Of a stretch of DNA of 64,000 nt, positions 1-9,930 are shown in pieces. A program made the position numbers and the translations under genes. The notes beneath the pieces were generated by a model. It was not told the DNA's origin. It saw only the letters and a list, made by a program, of their open reading frames with translations, and did not search any database. This DNA comes from Gemmatimonadota bacterium. Its GTDB lineage: Bacteria; Gemmatimonadota; Gemmatimonadetes; Palauibacterales; Palauibacteraceae. Each line of letters opens with the position of its first letter. Position 1 is the stretch's first letter. The DNA lies in NCBI GenBank assembly GCA_963666735.1, contig OY762926.1:1696001-1760000 (forward strand), written 5' to 3'.

Positions 1-3
1 CTG

Positions 4-348
4 ATGGAGCAGCCGGAGATCCACCTCCACCCCGCTGTGCAGAGCGGCTTGGCTGACGTCATGCTGAACGTGGCCGCGGTGCGAAAGGTGCAGATCGTCG
101 TGGAGAGCCACAGTGAATACCTGTTGCGGCGTCTGCAGCGGCGCGTAGCTGAAGAGACGGCATCCGCCGAAGACGTGAAACTGTATTTGGTCGGCGCCAA
201 GCGGGGCGAGGCGCAGCTCTCCGACTTGCTCCTCAACGAGTGGGGGGAGATCGAGAACTGGCCTGACAAGTTCTTCGGGGACGAGATGGGTGAGATTGCA
301 GCGATCTCGAAGGCTTCCTTGAAACGACGGATCGCCCGGTCGGGATGA
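4..348 (+). CDS. AAA/ABC-type ATPase with DUF3696-like C-terminus (5' part outside window)
   Basis: EQPEIHLHP (Walker B/D-loop region), VESHS H-loop, and the C-terminal G-I-NWP-FF motif typical of DUF3696 ATPases. Confidence 0.8.
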   Translation: MEQPEIHLHPAVQSGLADVMLNVAAVRKVQIVVESHSEYLLRRLQRRVAEETASAEDVKLYLVGAKRGEAQLSDLLLNEWGEIENWPDKFFGDEMGEIAAISKASLKRRIARSG

Positions 349-1340
349 CGGCGTTCGTCGTGGACACCAACGTTGCGGTAGCTGCCAACGGACGCGACAC
401 GCACGCGGACGAACAATGCCAATTGGCCTGCGTGGAGAAGCTGGAATCTGTGGTTGCGACGGAGGTCGTCGCAATCGACGACGGGGGCGCCATTCTCGAT
501 GAATACATGAGACGACTGAACCTGTCGGGAATGCCGGGCGTCGGCGATGCATACCTGAGGCACGTATTCAACTACCAGGGTCAGAATCATCGGGTGCGAA
601 GAGTCGCCGTGACACCCAGCGAGGACGACCGGCGGGGCTACCACGAGCTACCCGAGAATGCGTTCGACCGCTCCGACCGCAAATTCCTTGCCGTCGCTGT
701 GGTTTCAGGAGCCGTCGTTCTGAATGCGACCGACAGCGACTGGGGCGAAGAGGAGGCGTTGATGGAGAGGCTGGGGGTGGAAGTCGGCGAATCCGTCGTG
801 GTGACGGAGAAACTGGACGGCGGCAACACGCTCCTGCACGCGGGGGAAGTGTATGGGCGTAGCGTCGCGGCGCCCTCCGGCGGCAAGTGGATGGCGATGG
901 TGAAGAAGCACCACGCATGGAAGGTCCAGGAGCCGGAGGCGTATCTCTACGGCGAGGACATCTACGGCGTGCACAGCATCGCATACGACCCGGTGAGAGA
1001 GCACGAAACGTTCCATGCCTTTGCACGTCGGGACGGAGATGGCGCGTTCTCCTCCTTCAAAGAGCTGGAGGCCTACGCGCGGCGCCTGGAAATCCCCGTC
1101 GTGCCAGTCCTGTTCGAGGGCGTTTTCGGGTCGGTCGACGAGGTCCGTGCGTTTGTGGAGCAAGCCCACGAGGAGCCCTCCGCGCTCGGCGGCGAACGGG
1201 AGGGTGTGGTACTGCGGTTGGCGCGACGTTTCCCGGCGGCGGAGTTCCAGGACAACGTCTGCAAGAGCGTCCGGGCCGGCCATGTGCGGACCGACGAACA
1301 TTGGACCAGAAACTGGCGACCGTGCCGGATCACGCGATGA
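345..1340 (+). CDS. Fusion of a PIN-like domain and an RNA ligase (nucleotidyltransferase) domain
   Basis: N-terminal VVDTNV...DRSDRKF...ATDSD acidic PIN-like motifs; C-terminal TEKLDG motif I, YGE, EGVVLR and CKSVR motifs; ATGA overlap with the upstream ATPase stop. Confidence 0.75.
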   Translation: MTAFVVDTNVAVAANGRDTHADEQCQLACVEKLESVVATEVVAIDDGGAILDEYMRRLNLSGMPGVGDAYLRHVFNYQGQNHRVRRVAVTPSEDDRRGYHELPENAFDRSDRKFLAVAVVSGAVVLNATDSDWGEEEALMERLGVEVGESVVVTEKLDGGNTLLHAGEVYGRSVAAPSGGKWMAMVKKHHAWKVQEPEAYLYGEDIYGVHSIAYDPVREHETFHAFARRDGDGAFSSFKELEAYARRLEIPVVPVLFEGVFGSVDEVRAFVEQAHEEPSALGGEREGVVLRLARRFPAAEFQDNVCKSVRAGHVRTDEHWTRNWRPCRITR

Positions 1341-1492
1341 GCGGGTTCGAGCTGGGTCCGCGCCGCTCTCGCACTCGCGAGTGGCCTGAAGTGTTGCCCG
1401 TCAGCGCCGGAGCGGCTTAGCGTTAGCGGGTCGCCCGGCAGGGGGTCGGACGTTGAGGCCCGCCGGGATCGCCTTGGGAGGAGATCGCGCAC

Positions 1493-2290
1493 TTGAGGCC
1501 ACATTTGAGGCTCAGCATGCTCACGGTCGCCGTGGCCGCCCTCGTTGCCGGACACGAGGCGCCACGGCCCGCCGTCGCCCAGGAATCGTCCTCCGCGGGA
1601 CACCCGTCGGACCCTGCGGCGGGCTCGCCTTGGCACGCGACGGTGCCGGGGCCCGCGGCCCCCATCCGAATCGGGCTCCAGGCCGGGCATTGGCGCGCCG
1701 ACGAAGCTCCTCGCGAACTCCACCGCATCCGCTACAACGGTACGCGGTGGCGGGAAACCGCCGAGTGGGAGGCGAACCTCGCCATCGCCCGGCTCGCGGG
1801 GGCGGAACTGGAGGCGCTGGGCTACGAGGTCGACATCCTCCCCGCCGTCGTGCCTCCGGGCTACCGCGCGCACCTCTTCATCGCGATCCATGCCGACGGG
1901 AGCGACAGCCCCCAGGCGTCGGGATACCGGGTCGCCGCTCCGCGCCGCGACGCCACGGGACGCGCGCCGGAGATCGCGCGGATCCTGCGGGAGAAGTACG
2001 GAGAAGCGACGGGTCTCCGCGGCCTGCCCGTCGCCACGCGTCGCATGCGGAACTACTACGCCTTCAACTACCGCCGATACCGGCACGCGCTCCATCCGAT
2101 GACGGTCGGCGTGATCATCGAGACGGGGTTCATCACGAGCGCGCGAGACCGGGGGGTGATCCTTGGGGCGCCGGAGAAAGCCGCGCAGGGGATTGTCGAG
2201 GCCGTGAAGGCGTTCCCCGCCACGCCGCCCCCCGCATGGCAAGCCACCGGCCAGCCCGGCCAGCCTCGCGAGCCCGGCCAGCCGGAATAG
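1493..2290 (+). CDS. N-acetylmuramoyl-L-alanine amidase (Amidase_3); start may be ATG 1517
   Basis: LQAGH, EWEANL, FIAIHADG and IIETGF Zn-amidase motifs; signal-peptide-like N-terminus. Confidence 0.8.
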   Translation: MRPHLRLSMLTVAVAALVAGHEAPRPAVAQESSSAGHPSDPAAGSPWHATVPGPAAPIRIGLQAGHWRADEAPRELHRIRYNGTRWRETAEWEANLAIARLAGAELEALGYEVDILPAVVPPGYRAHLFIAIHADGSDSPQASGYRVAAPRRDATGRAPEIARILREKYGEATGLRGLPVATRRMRNYYAFNYRRYRHALHPMTVGVIIETGFITSARDRGVILGAPEKAAQGIVEAVKAFPATPPPAWQATGQPGQPREPGQPE

Positions 2291-2293
2291 CGG

Positions 2294-2938
2294 TCAGCCG
2301 CCGACCCGCACTCCGAGGCCGGCCATGGCGGACAGGTTGCGCGCCTTCGCCCCATCGGAGGCGGGATCCCAGTGGAGGTTGCGCACCCCGTAGTGGTAGC
2401 GGGCTTCGACCGTCACGAACCAGGCCTCGGCGGCCGTCACCTCAAGAGCTGCGCCCGCGATAAGACCCACATCCGCGACACCCCGGAGCTGGAACCGCCC
2501 CTCGCAACTGTTGCTTCCCTCGAATTGCGCCACGCCGCCCTCCAGCCGACAGCCCACCTCGTGCCCCCAGTACGCGCCTCCCAGAAGAATCGGGCGCACG
2601 CGCGCGGGCGCCGGCGTCAGCCGGAACCGAAGCAGGACCGGAAAATCCAGGTAGGACATCCTCGTCCTCGACCCGTCCCGATGGAGGCCCGACGTCGAGA
2701 ACCCCCGTTCGAGATAGAGCGCTTCGAGCTGGACCGTCCCGCGCTCCGACAGAGGCAGCGTCACGAAGCCCCCGCCCACCCTTCGAGGCAGCGCCTCCGA
2801 TGTGAACTGGTCGATGAAGGCGGCGTCGGCCCAGGTCACGCCTCCCTTGAGACCGAACGCGGTCTGCGCCGCCACGGACCCATGACTCAGCAGAGGCGTT
2901 ACGGCCGCGAACGCCGCCAGCCAACCGATGGCTCTCAC
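2294..2938 (-). CDS. Outer-membrane beta-barrel (porin-family) protein
   Basis: Signal peptide, FGLKGG, QLEALYLERG, YLDFPVLLRF, EARYHYG amphipathic strands. Confidence 0.7.
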   Translation of the reverse strand: MRAIGWLAAFAAVTPLLSHGSVAAQTAFGLKGGVTWADAAFIDQFTSEALPRRVGGGFVTLPLSERGTVQLEALYLERGFSTSGLHRDGSRTRMSYLDFPVLLRFRLTPAPARVRPILLGGAYWGHEVGCRLEGGVAQFEGSNSCEGRFQLRGVADVGLIAGAALEVTAAEAWFVTVEARYHYGVRNLHWDPASDGAKARNLSAMAGLGVRVGG

Positions 2939-3115
2939 ATTCCGCTCCTTGTCTCGCTACCCGCCGGACTCGGCGCGCGCCCCGGCGCAGCCCACGGCGC
3001 AGCCCACGGCGCGGCGCCCGGCGACAAGCTGCGCCGGACTGGGCCGTTCCGCCATCATCCATCCGCCATCGTCATCTTTCCCTCATCCGCCGATGGAGTA
3101 CAGATTCACGCCGCC

Positions 3116-3814
3116 ATGGACAGCGAACGCAGGTACGGAGAAGAGGAAGTCCGAGAGGTTTTCGCGCGCGCCGCCGATGAGGACCGCGCGAGTCCGCCCG
3201 CGCGCGTGGAGGGAGGCCTCACGCTCGAGGAACTCCAGGCCGTGGGTCTGGAGGTCGGCCTCTCCGCCGAGCGGATCGCGGTGGCGGCCGCGGGCCTCGA
3301 TGCGCTCCCGCGCGCGCTTCCGCGGCGAAAGCTGCTGGGCATTCCGGTTTCCGCGGGCCGGGTTGTCGATCTCCCCCGGGAGTTGACGGACCGCGAGTGG
3401 CGGTTTCTCGTCGCCGAACTGCGGGCCACGTTCGACGCGAAGGGCGAAGTCGGGGCCGAGGGCGGGATCCGCGAATGGAGCAACGGGAACCTCCACGCGG
3501 TCCTCGAACAGACGGAATCCGGCCACCGGCTCCGGCTGGGAACGCGCAAGGGCGACGCGCTCGAGACCACCTTCCTGGGGGTCATGTTTGCCGTCATGTC
3601 GGTGGTCATCGCCTTCGTCATGGTGGCGGACGGCAAGACGGGCGCCGGGCTGATGGTCCCTGCGCTGATGGCGCTCGGCGGGGGAGGCGTACTCGTCGCC
3701 AACGCCATCCGCCTGCCCCGGTGGGCCGGCGAACGGGAGCGGCAGATGGACCACATCGCGGCCTGGACCAACCATCTGCTCTCGACCGCCCCGAAGGGCG
3801 CAGAGGAGGCATGA
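3116..3814 (+). CDS. Hypothetical membrane protein (two C-terminal TM helices)
   Basis: MDSERRYGEEEVREVFARA start, GLTLEELQAVGLEVG helical motif, two hydrophobic segments; stop overlaps next ATG. Confidence 0.65.
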   Translation: MDSERRYGEEEVREVFARAADEDRASPPARVEGGLTLEELQAVGLEVGLSAERIAVAAAGLDALPRALPRRKLLGIPVSAGRVVDLPRELTDREWRFLVAELRATFDAKGEVGAEGGIREWSNGNLHAVLEQTESGHRLRLGTRKGDALETTFLGVMFAVMSVVIAFVMVADGKTGAGLMVPALMALGGGGVLVANAIRLPRWAGERERQMDHIAAWTNHLLSTAPKGAEEA

Positions 3815-6576
3815 AGATGCGGAGGAAGTGGAGGATGCGGAGGATTCTCATCGCTGCGGCCCTGGCGCTGCCGGCGGCTCCGGCGGCGGTGCTCGCGCAG
3901 AACGGCGGGCTCGACGTCATCGTGCTGAACGCCGAGACGGGCGCGGGGCTGCCGAGGGCGCAGGTCACGCTTCGGGGACTCGGCTACGGCGGGATCACGG
4001 ATGTCGAGGGCCACTTCCACATGCCGAACCTCCCCTCCGGCCCCGTCGCGGTCGAAGTGCGGCTGCTCGGCTACGGCATCGCGCAGCGCGAAGCGACCAT
4101 CGTGGACGATTCCGTCGTCGTGATCGAGGTTCCCCTGACCCAGACCGTGATCTCCGTCGCCGGACTCGTCGCCGTCGGCAGCCGGTCGAGGCCCCGGACG
4201 GTGACCGAATCGATGGTCCCGATCGACGCCATCCCGCCCTCCGAACTGCTCGGCCAGGGGGATACGGACATCGACGATCTTCTGAGAACGACGATCCCCT
4301 CTTACAACGTCAACCCCCAGGCGACCGGGGACGCGGCCAAGATCATCCGACCCGCGAACCTGCGCGGGCTCGCCCCGGACCACACGCTCGTGCTCGTGAA
4401 CGGGAAGCGGCGCCACCGGGCGGCCGTCATCACCTGGATCGGCAACGGCGTCGCCGACGGCGCTCAGGGCCCGGATCTCTCCAGCATCCCGGCCATCGCG
4501 CTCCGGCAGGTGGAGGTGCTGAGGGACGGCGCCTCGGCCCAATACGGCTCCGACGCCATCGCCGGCGTGATGAATTTCCATCTCAGGGACGCCCGTTCCG
4601 GCGGCGCGCTCGAAGTGCGGGGCGGCGGCTTCGGCGACGGCGGCGGCGAAGGCTACACGATTTCGGGCAACACCGGACTCCCCCTCGGCGCCACCGGGTT
4701 CGCCAATCTGAGCGCCGAGTACGGGCGCTCGAACTCGAGCAGCCGCAGCGTGCAGCGGGCGGACGCCGCGCTCCTCGTCTCCCGGGGGAACGCCCATGTG
4801 CGGGACCCGGCCCAGATCTGGGGCGCGCCGGAGATCGAGGACGACCTCAAGCTGTGGGGCAACTTCGGCTACTTCCTCGGCAGCGCCACCAAGGCCTACG
4901 CGCACGCGAACTACGCCAGCCAGCGCGTCACCGGCGGCTTCTTCTACCGCAACCCGAACACGCGGAGCGGCGTGTTCAGCCTGGACGGCGGGGAGACGCT
5001 CCTCATCGGCGACCTGCTCGACGCGCAGGACGGCGTCCTCGACGGCTCCGCCGGCTGCCCCGTCGTCCGAGTCACCGGCGGGCTCCCCGATCCCGCCGCC
5101 CTGAGTCACGTCCTCTCGGACCCGAACTGCTTCACCTTCCAGCAACGTTTCCCGGGCGGATTCACTCCCCAGTTCGGGGGAGATGTGAGAGACGCCTCGC
5201 TCGTGGCCGGCGTGGAGGGCCAGGCCGGGCGCCTGCACTGGGACGTGAGCGGGAACTACGGCGAGAATCAGGTGGACTTCTTCATCTTCAACACGGTCAA
5301 CGCCTCGTTGGGCCCGGCTACGCCCACCGAGTTCGATCCGGGGCTCTACCGGCAGGTGGACGTCGACCTGCACGTGGACGCGGCCTACACCGTGAGCGAC
5401 ATGCTCGATGTGGCGGGGGGGGTTGAGTGGCGCGACGAGCACTTCACGATCGGCATCGGCCAGGACGAGTCGTGGACGCTGGGCCGCCTCGCCCCGCAGG
5501 GGTTCAGCGCGGGCTCCAACGGCTTCCCCGGCTTCAGTCCGGTCGCGGCCGGCGGCTGGCGCCGCACGAACACCGCCTTCTACGCGGACGCCGAACTGAG
5601 GGACTACCGAAACGGCCGCTGGACGCTCGGCGGAGCCCTTCGGTTCGAAAACTTCGAGGACTTCGGCTCGACGCTGAACGGCAAGCTCGCGGGGCGGTAC
5701 GCGCTCACGGGCGGCCTCGCCCTGCGCGGCAGCCTGAGCACGGGGTTCCGCGCGCCCACGCCCGGCCAGCAGAACGCCTTCAACGTCTCCACGCTCTTCG
5801 ACCGCAACCTGGGCGACCTGGTGAACAGCGGGACGATCCCCTCCACTTCCAGAGTCGCGGCGCTGAGGGGAGGGGTTCCGCTCGACGCCGAGAAATCCCG
5901 CAACTTCGCCGCCGGAGCGGTGCTGGAGCGCGGCGGCTTCCTGCTCACGGCGGACTACTTCCGCGTCGCCCTGTCCGACCGCATCGCGCTCACGCAGCGC
6001 TTCAACCTCACCCCGGACGAACAGACGCGACTCGTCGAGGAAGGCATCGTGAGCGCGCGCAATCTGCAGGAGTTCCGCTTCTTCACGAACGACTTCAGCA
6101 CGCGCACCCGGGGTCTCGACGTCGTCGCCGCGTACGCGCCCGCATCGCGCGCCGGCGGAACGGCGCTGAGCCTCGCCTTCAACCACACGCAGACGAGGGT
6201 CACGACGTTCGATCCGGACAAGCTCGATGACACCCGCATTCGCCAACTCGAGGAGGGGCTTCCCGGCACACGCTGGATTCTCACGGGGAAACACGCGCTC
6301 GGCCGAGTGAGTCTGCTGGGGCGCCTGAGCTACTACGCGGGCTGGTTCGATGCCCGGGACGATCTCTCGTATCCCGGCGCCCATCTCGTCGATCTCGAGG
6401 CCTCATGGTCGATCGGCGAATCGCTCACGTTCACCGCCGGAGGCCAGAACGCCCTGAACCGGTATCCGGAGGAAAATCCCGGCGCCATGTTCTCCGGCAA
6501 TCGCTACGGCCCCGGATCCCCATTTGGGTCCAACGGCGGCTTCTACTACCTCCGCCTCGCGTATCGCTGGAACTAG
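3811..6576 (+). CDS. TonB-dependent receptor
   Basis: Signal peptide; plug motifs ANLRGL, TLVLVNGKR, VEVLRDGASAQYGSDAIAGV; STGFRAP; aromatic C-terminal strand. Confidence 0.92.
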   Translation: MKMRRKWRMRRILIAAALALPAAPAAVLAQNGGLDVIVLNAETGAGLPRAQVTLRGLGYGGITDVEGHFHMPNLPSGPVAVEVRLLGYGIAQREATIVDDSVVVIEVPLTQTVISVAGLVAVGSRSRPRTVTESMVPIDAIPPSELLGQGDTDIDDLLRTTIPSYNVNPQATGDAAKIIRPANLRGLAPDHTLVLVNGKRRHRAAVITWIGNGVADGAQGPDLSSIPAIALRQVEVLRDGASAQYGSDAIAGVMNFHLRDARSGGALEVRGGGFGDGGGEGYTISGNTGLPLGATGFANLSAEYGRSNSSSRSVQRADAALLVSRGNAHVRDPAQIWGAPEIEDDLKLWGNFGYFLGSATKAYAHANYASQRVTGGFFYRNPNTRSGVFSLDGGETLLIGDLLDAQDGVLDGSAGCPVVRVTGGLPDPAALSHVLSDPNCFTFQQRFPGGFTPQFGGDVRDASLVAGVEGQAGRLHWDVSGNYGENQVDFFIFNTVNASLGPATPTEFDPGLYRQVDVDLHVDAAYTVSDMLDVAGGVEWRDEHFTIGIGQDESWTLGRLAPQGFSAGSNGFPGFSPVAAGGWRRTNTAFYADAELRDYRNGRWTLGGALRFENFEDFGSTLNGKLAGRYALTGGLALRGSLSTGFRAPTPGQQNAFNVSTLFDRNLGDLVNSGTIPSTSRVAALRGGVPLDAEKSRNFAAGAVLERGGFLLTADYFRVALSDRIALTQRFNLTPDEQTRLVEEGIVSARNLQEFRFFTNDFSTRTRGLDVVAAYAPASRAGGTALSLAFNHTQTRVTTFDPDKLDDTRIRQLEEGLPGTRWILTGKHALGRVSLLGRLSYYAGWFDARDDLSYPGAHLVDLEASWSIGESLTFTAGGQNALNRYPEENPGAMFSGNRYGPGSPFGSNGGFYYLRLAYRWN

Positions 6577-6610
6577 CGCGCGCTGTGACGCCCGAGCGCG
6601 GGGGATGGAA

Positions 6611-6683
6611 TGACCGGGGTGGGGGTCGAACCCACGACCTGCGGATTAAAAGTCCGTTGCTCTACCAGCTGAGCTACCCGGCC
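6611..6683 (-). tRNA. tRNA-Lys(UUU), CCA not encoded
   Basis: Reverse complement GGCCGGGTAGCTCAGCTGGTAGAGCAACGGACTTTTAATCCGCAGGTCGTGGGTTCGACCCCCACCCCGGTCA folds as a cloverleaf with anticodon TTT. Confidence 0.95.
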
Positions 6684-6764
6684 GGGCAGCGGGGCAGGCT
6701 CGGCGGGACGCCCGCCCGGCGCGATTCAAGCTAACACGGTCGCCAAAGCTGTCCACTTTGGAGG

Positions 6765-7358
6765 TCAGCCAGGGGGACGCGGCAGCCCGCGGAGGATTCT
6801 GACGCGGGAACTGTCGGGCGCCAATTCCGCCGGGAGCGCGGCGGCTCCATTGCGCAGGATGCTCCGCACCCGTCCGGTGGCGCGGTCGATCACCATCATC
6901 GCCCGTGCGCCAGCCTCCCGGTCAACCGTGGCCACACCCTCCGGCCCGCTGAGCTCGATCCGGTCCAGCGCCTCCGTCCATGCCGAATCGAACGGAATCG
7001 AGTACGAAAAACCCTTGCTCCCGTCCGAGATCTCACCGGGCGTGAAACGGATCGAGAACAGCGTCTCCCCCTCATCGTCGAACCCCCGCACCCGGTAGTC
7101 GCCGGATGCCCCGGGAGCGCGGGCTCTCCCCTCATACGCGAAAGCGGGTTCGAGCACGAGTTCGCCGTCGGCCCGGACACCCCCCCACAGCATGAGCACC
7201 GTCGATTCCTGAGAGGGATCCCCGGCCGCCTCCGGTGGCCGCTCCTGCGCCGGAATCCCGCCCCCGGAGGGCACCGCCGCCGCCCCGGCCGCCCCGGCGG
7301 CCGCCAGGAGTCCGGCCCGAACCGCAAGCCGCCGCGCGCACATTCCAAGTCGGTTCAT
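6765..7358 (-). CDS. Hypothetical exported protein
   Basis: Signal-like N-terminus; LWGGVRADGELVLEPAF...IELSGPEG beta-rich domain. Confidence 0.6.
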   Translation of the reverse strand: MNRLGMCARRLAVRAGLLAAAGAAGAAAVPSGGGIPAQERPPEAAGDPSQESTVLMLWGGVRADGELVLEPAFAYEGRARAPGASGDYRVRGFDDEGETLFSIRFTPGEISDGSKGFSYSIPFDSAWTEALDRIELSGPEGVATVDREAGARAMMVIDRATGRVRSILRNGAAALPAELAPDSSRVRILRGLPRPPG

Positions 7359-7430
7359 GGCGTGTTCATCCGCGTTCCCGCCGTTGTACGAAGCTTGGCC
7401 GAATCGTGCCGTCGGGTGAGGCCATCGGCG

Positions 7431-8657
7431 TCATTCCAGAGGGATCTCGCGCCCACCGAGCACGGTGATCCAGACGAGCAATCCGTAGAAGACGGGCAGG
7501 AGAATCACCGCGCCGATCGTGGCCATCAGCGGAATCGTCCCGATCCCGGAAAAGCCGAGCGCGCCCACCACGGCGGCCGACGCGACGGTGACGCGCTCAG
7601 CGCCGCGGTAGAGTCGCCGGGCTGCCTTCGGGATGCGGATCAGCCGCATCAGCGCGCCGATGCTGAGCAGCGCCAGCGCCATGGCTCCGGCCAGCAGCCA
7701 CCGCGCTTCGGCGGGCACCCCTCCGGACGCGTGCTCGACGATGTTGAGCGTTGCGGCCCCGACCGCAACGATCCCGAATGCCGTCGTGAGGTGGAGATAG
7801 ATCCACCCGTAGCGCTTCCCGAAGCTCGGCGAGGGGGGACGATGCGAAACGAAGTCGAAGTAGAGCCACCACAAGCCGAAGGCGAGGAACATGCCGAGGG
7901 CGGCCGTGGCCCCCACCGCGGCGCCGAGTTCGTGACTCGCAGCGACGCCCCGGACCACGCCGACGATGACCTCGCCCAGCACGATGATGGTGAAGAGGCC
8001 GAAGCGCTCCACCGTGGACGCGGTCGTGCGAAGGCTCCTTTCGAGCTCGGCGGCGGCGGCGGGATCGGCTGTCCTCCCGAGGAAGACCGCGAACGGCATG
8101 ACGAGCAGAACGACCCCACCGCCGCCCCACAGGAACACGGCCAGCTCACCGGGGAGGAGCGCCGATGCGGCGAAGAGCGCCGCGGCCAGAAGGACCGCCC
8201 CGGCGTAGTGGTTCGACAGCGACCGGTGCGCCACGTTGTGGACGCCGGTTCGCCACCACAGGTAGGCCAGAATGAGGAGGTGGGACGCAAACGACAGAGC
8301 GAAACCCGCGGCCCCTTCGCCGAACGCGGAGTGCACGAAGACCGCCATGGCCCCCACCGCAAACATCTGGGCAAAGGTGAAGACCCGCGTGCGAAGATCG
8401 TTTTGCCCGTGCCATTCGTGGTACATCGAGCCGTTCAGCCACGCGAGCCACACGAGCGTGAACAGGAACGCCGCCTTGGAGATCCCCGCGGCGTCGATGT
8501 GGCCGGCCAGGAAGTGACCCACCTCCGCGATGACCACCACGTAGACCAGATCGTAGAAGAGTTCCAGGAACGTGACCCGCCGGTCCTCGACAACTTCGCT
8601 CGAAGGTCGCGGCGGGCGCCAAAGCGACCGAAGGGAGATGCGCGGGATGTTCGTCAT
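7431..8657 (-). CDS. Low temperature requirement protein A (LtrA) family membrane protein
   Basis: VTFLELFYDLVYV, ERFGLFTIIVLGE, LWWLYF and YLHL signatures; multiple TM helices. Confidence 0.88.
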   Translation of the reverse strand: MTNIPRISLRSLWRPPRPSSEVVEDRRVTFLELFYDLVYVVVIAEVGHFLAGHIDAAGISKAAFLFTLVWLAWLNGSMYHEWHGQNDLRTRVFTFAQMFAVGAMAVFVHSAFGEGAAGFALSFASHLLILAYLWWRTGVHNVAHRSLSNHYAGAVLLAAALFAASALLPGELAVFLWGGGGVVLLVMPFAVFLGRTADPAAAAELERSLRTTASTVERFGLFTIIVLGEVIVGVVRGVAASHELGAAVGATAALGMFLAFGLWWLYFDFVSHRPPSPSFGKRYGWIYLHLTTAFGIVAVGAATLNIVEHASGGVPAEARWLLAGAMALALLSIGALMRLIRIPKAARRLYRGAERVTVASAAVVGALGFSGIGTIPLMATIGAVILLPVFYGLLVWITVLGGREIPLE

Positions 8658-8738
8658 GGTTGGGCACGCCCCGCCGCCGCCGGCCGGCGCGCGGCCCGCC
8701 ACTGTTCGGCGTCACCGGCTGGCGGTGGGCATCGTCCG

Positions 8739-9653
8739 TCATGCACGGACGGCCTCCTGGCTGAGCGTCCACAGGCGCTCGACGACCGCATCGTCGAGCG
8801 CCTGCCTGTCGTGCCGCCGGACCGCGTCCTCGTAGACGTACTTCCCGCTCACGCCGTCGTACCGCGGCGACAGGGCGACCGCGAGGATCCGCTCCGCCGC
8901 GACTTCCGGCGGGGACGCAAACGCCTTCATCGGCAGCCCCAACACCCGCTTCACGCCCTTCAGGTCTCGCACCAAAGCCGTCTTGGTGAATCCGGGATGG
9001 AGAACGTTGACCGTGACACCCGAGCCTTCGAGGCGGCGGGCGAGCGCCCGGGTCGCCATGTTCGTGGCCAGCTTGGATTGCGAATACGCCTTGAGCGCGC
9101 CCCAGTTGCGCGTAAGCTGAAGATCGTCAAAGTGGATGTGCCCCGTACCCGCCGCGGCGGAGGAAAGGTGGACGATGCGCGCCGGAGCGGACTCCCTGAT
9201 CCGATCGAGCAGCAGTTGCGTCAACAGGTGTGGACCGAGGTAGTTGACCGCCCAGGTCATCTCGTAGCCATCCGGGGACAGGGTCCGCTCCCACACGATG
9301 ACGCCGGCGCAGTTGACCAGCAGGTCGATGTGCGGACACTGTTCCAACAGCGTGGCGGCGCAGGCGCGAACGCTCGCCAGGGAGCCCAGGTCGCACTCGA
9401 CGCCGACCGCCCGCGCCGTGCTGGCCAACCGGTTGAGATCGTCAACCGTCCGCGCGGTCTTCCCGGGGTTGCGGCCAACGATATGGAGGGTCGCATTCAT
9501 CCGCGCGAGCCGCCGGACCGCCAAGTAGCCCATGCCGTCAGTTCCCCCGGTGAACACAACCCGCTTGCCGGTCAGGTCGCGCCGCACCGACTCCGCGGGG
9601 TGCCTCCGCCTGCGCAGCATGGCCAGATACATGCCAAGCCTGCCTCCGGACAT
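8739..9653 (-). CDS. Short-chain dehydrogenase/reductase (retinol-dehydrogenase-like)
   Basis: TGGTDGMG, LVNCAG, YSQSK catalytic YxxxK, LHPG; GGAGG RBS before ATG 9653. Confidence 0.9.
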   Translation of the reverse strand: MSGGRLGMYLAMLRRRRHPAESVRRDLTGKRVVFTGGTDGMGYLAVRRLARMNATLHIVGRNPGKTARTVDDLNRLASTARAVGVECDLGSLASVRACAATLLEQCPHIDLLVNCAGVIVWERTLSPDGYEMTWAVNYLGPHLLTQLLLDRIRESAPARIVHLSSAAAGTGHIHFDDLQLTRNWGALKAYSQSKLATNMATRALARRLEGSGVTVNVLHPGFTKTALVRDLKGVKRVLGLPMKAFASPPEVAAERILAVALSPRYDGVSGKYVYEDAVRRHDRQALDDAVVERLWTLSQEAVRA

Positions 9654-9930
9654 CGTCGTGCCTCCATCCGTTGGACGCCGCACCCAGACCTGCGCATCCC
9701 GGCGGCGGCGGCCTGGGGCTCCGCCATCGCCACCATCCCAGGTTCTCGGAGCAACGAGTTGGTCTCGGACTCCGGGAATCTAACGGAACACGACCTCCGG
9801 AGCCCGTGCGGCCCACCGCAACAACCGCGAGCGAGATCAACAGCCTTTTTTCATCGGCACCCATGCCGCCGCGAGCGCCGGGCGCTTCCTCACCCGCGAC
9901 CGCGGCTTCTTCTCGAGCGACTTCCCGGCG

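Noticed and set aside
3106..6384. Long antisense/alternate-frame ORFs (also 7362-10073, 47316-50189, 48082-50286, 56735-59983)
   Set aside because: Shadow ORFs of well-supported genes, expected at this GC content; Arg/Pro-rich with no motifs.
6611..6683. tRNA-Lys as the attachment site for the integrase remnant
   Set aside because: I found no duplicated tRNA 3' end in the window, and the integrase fragment is 31 kb away.
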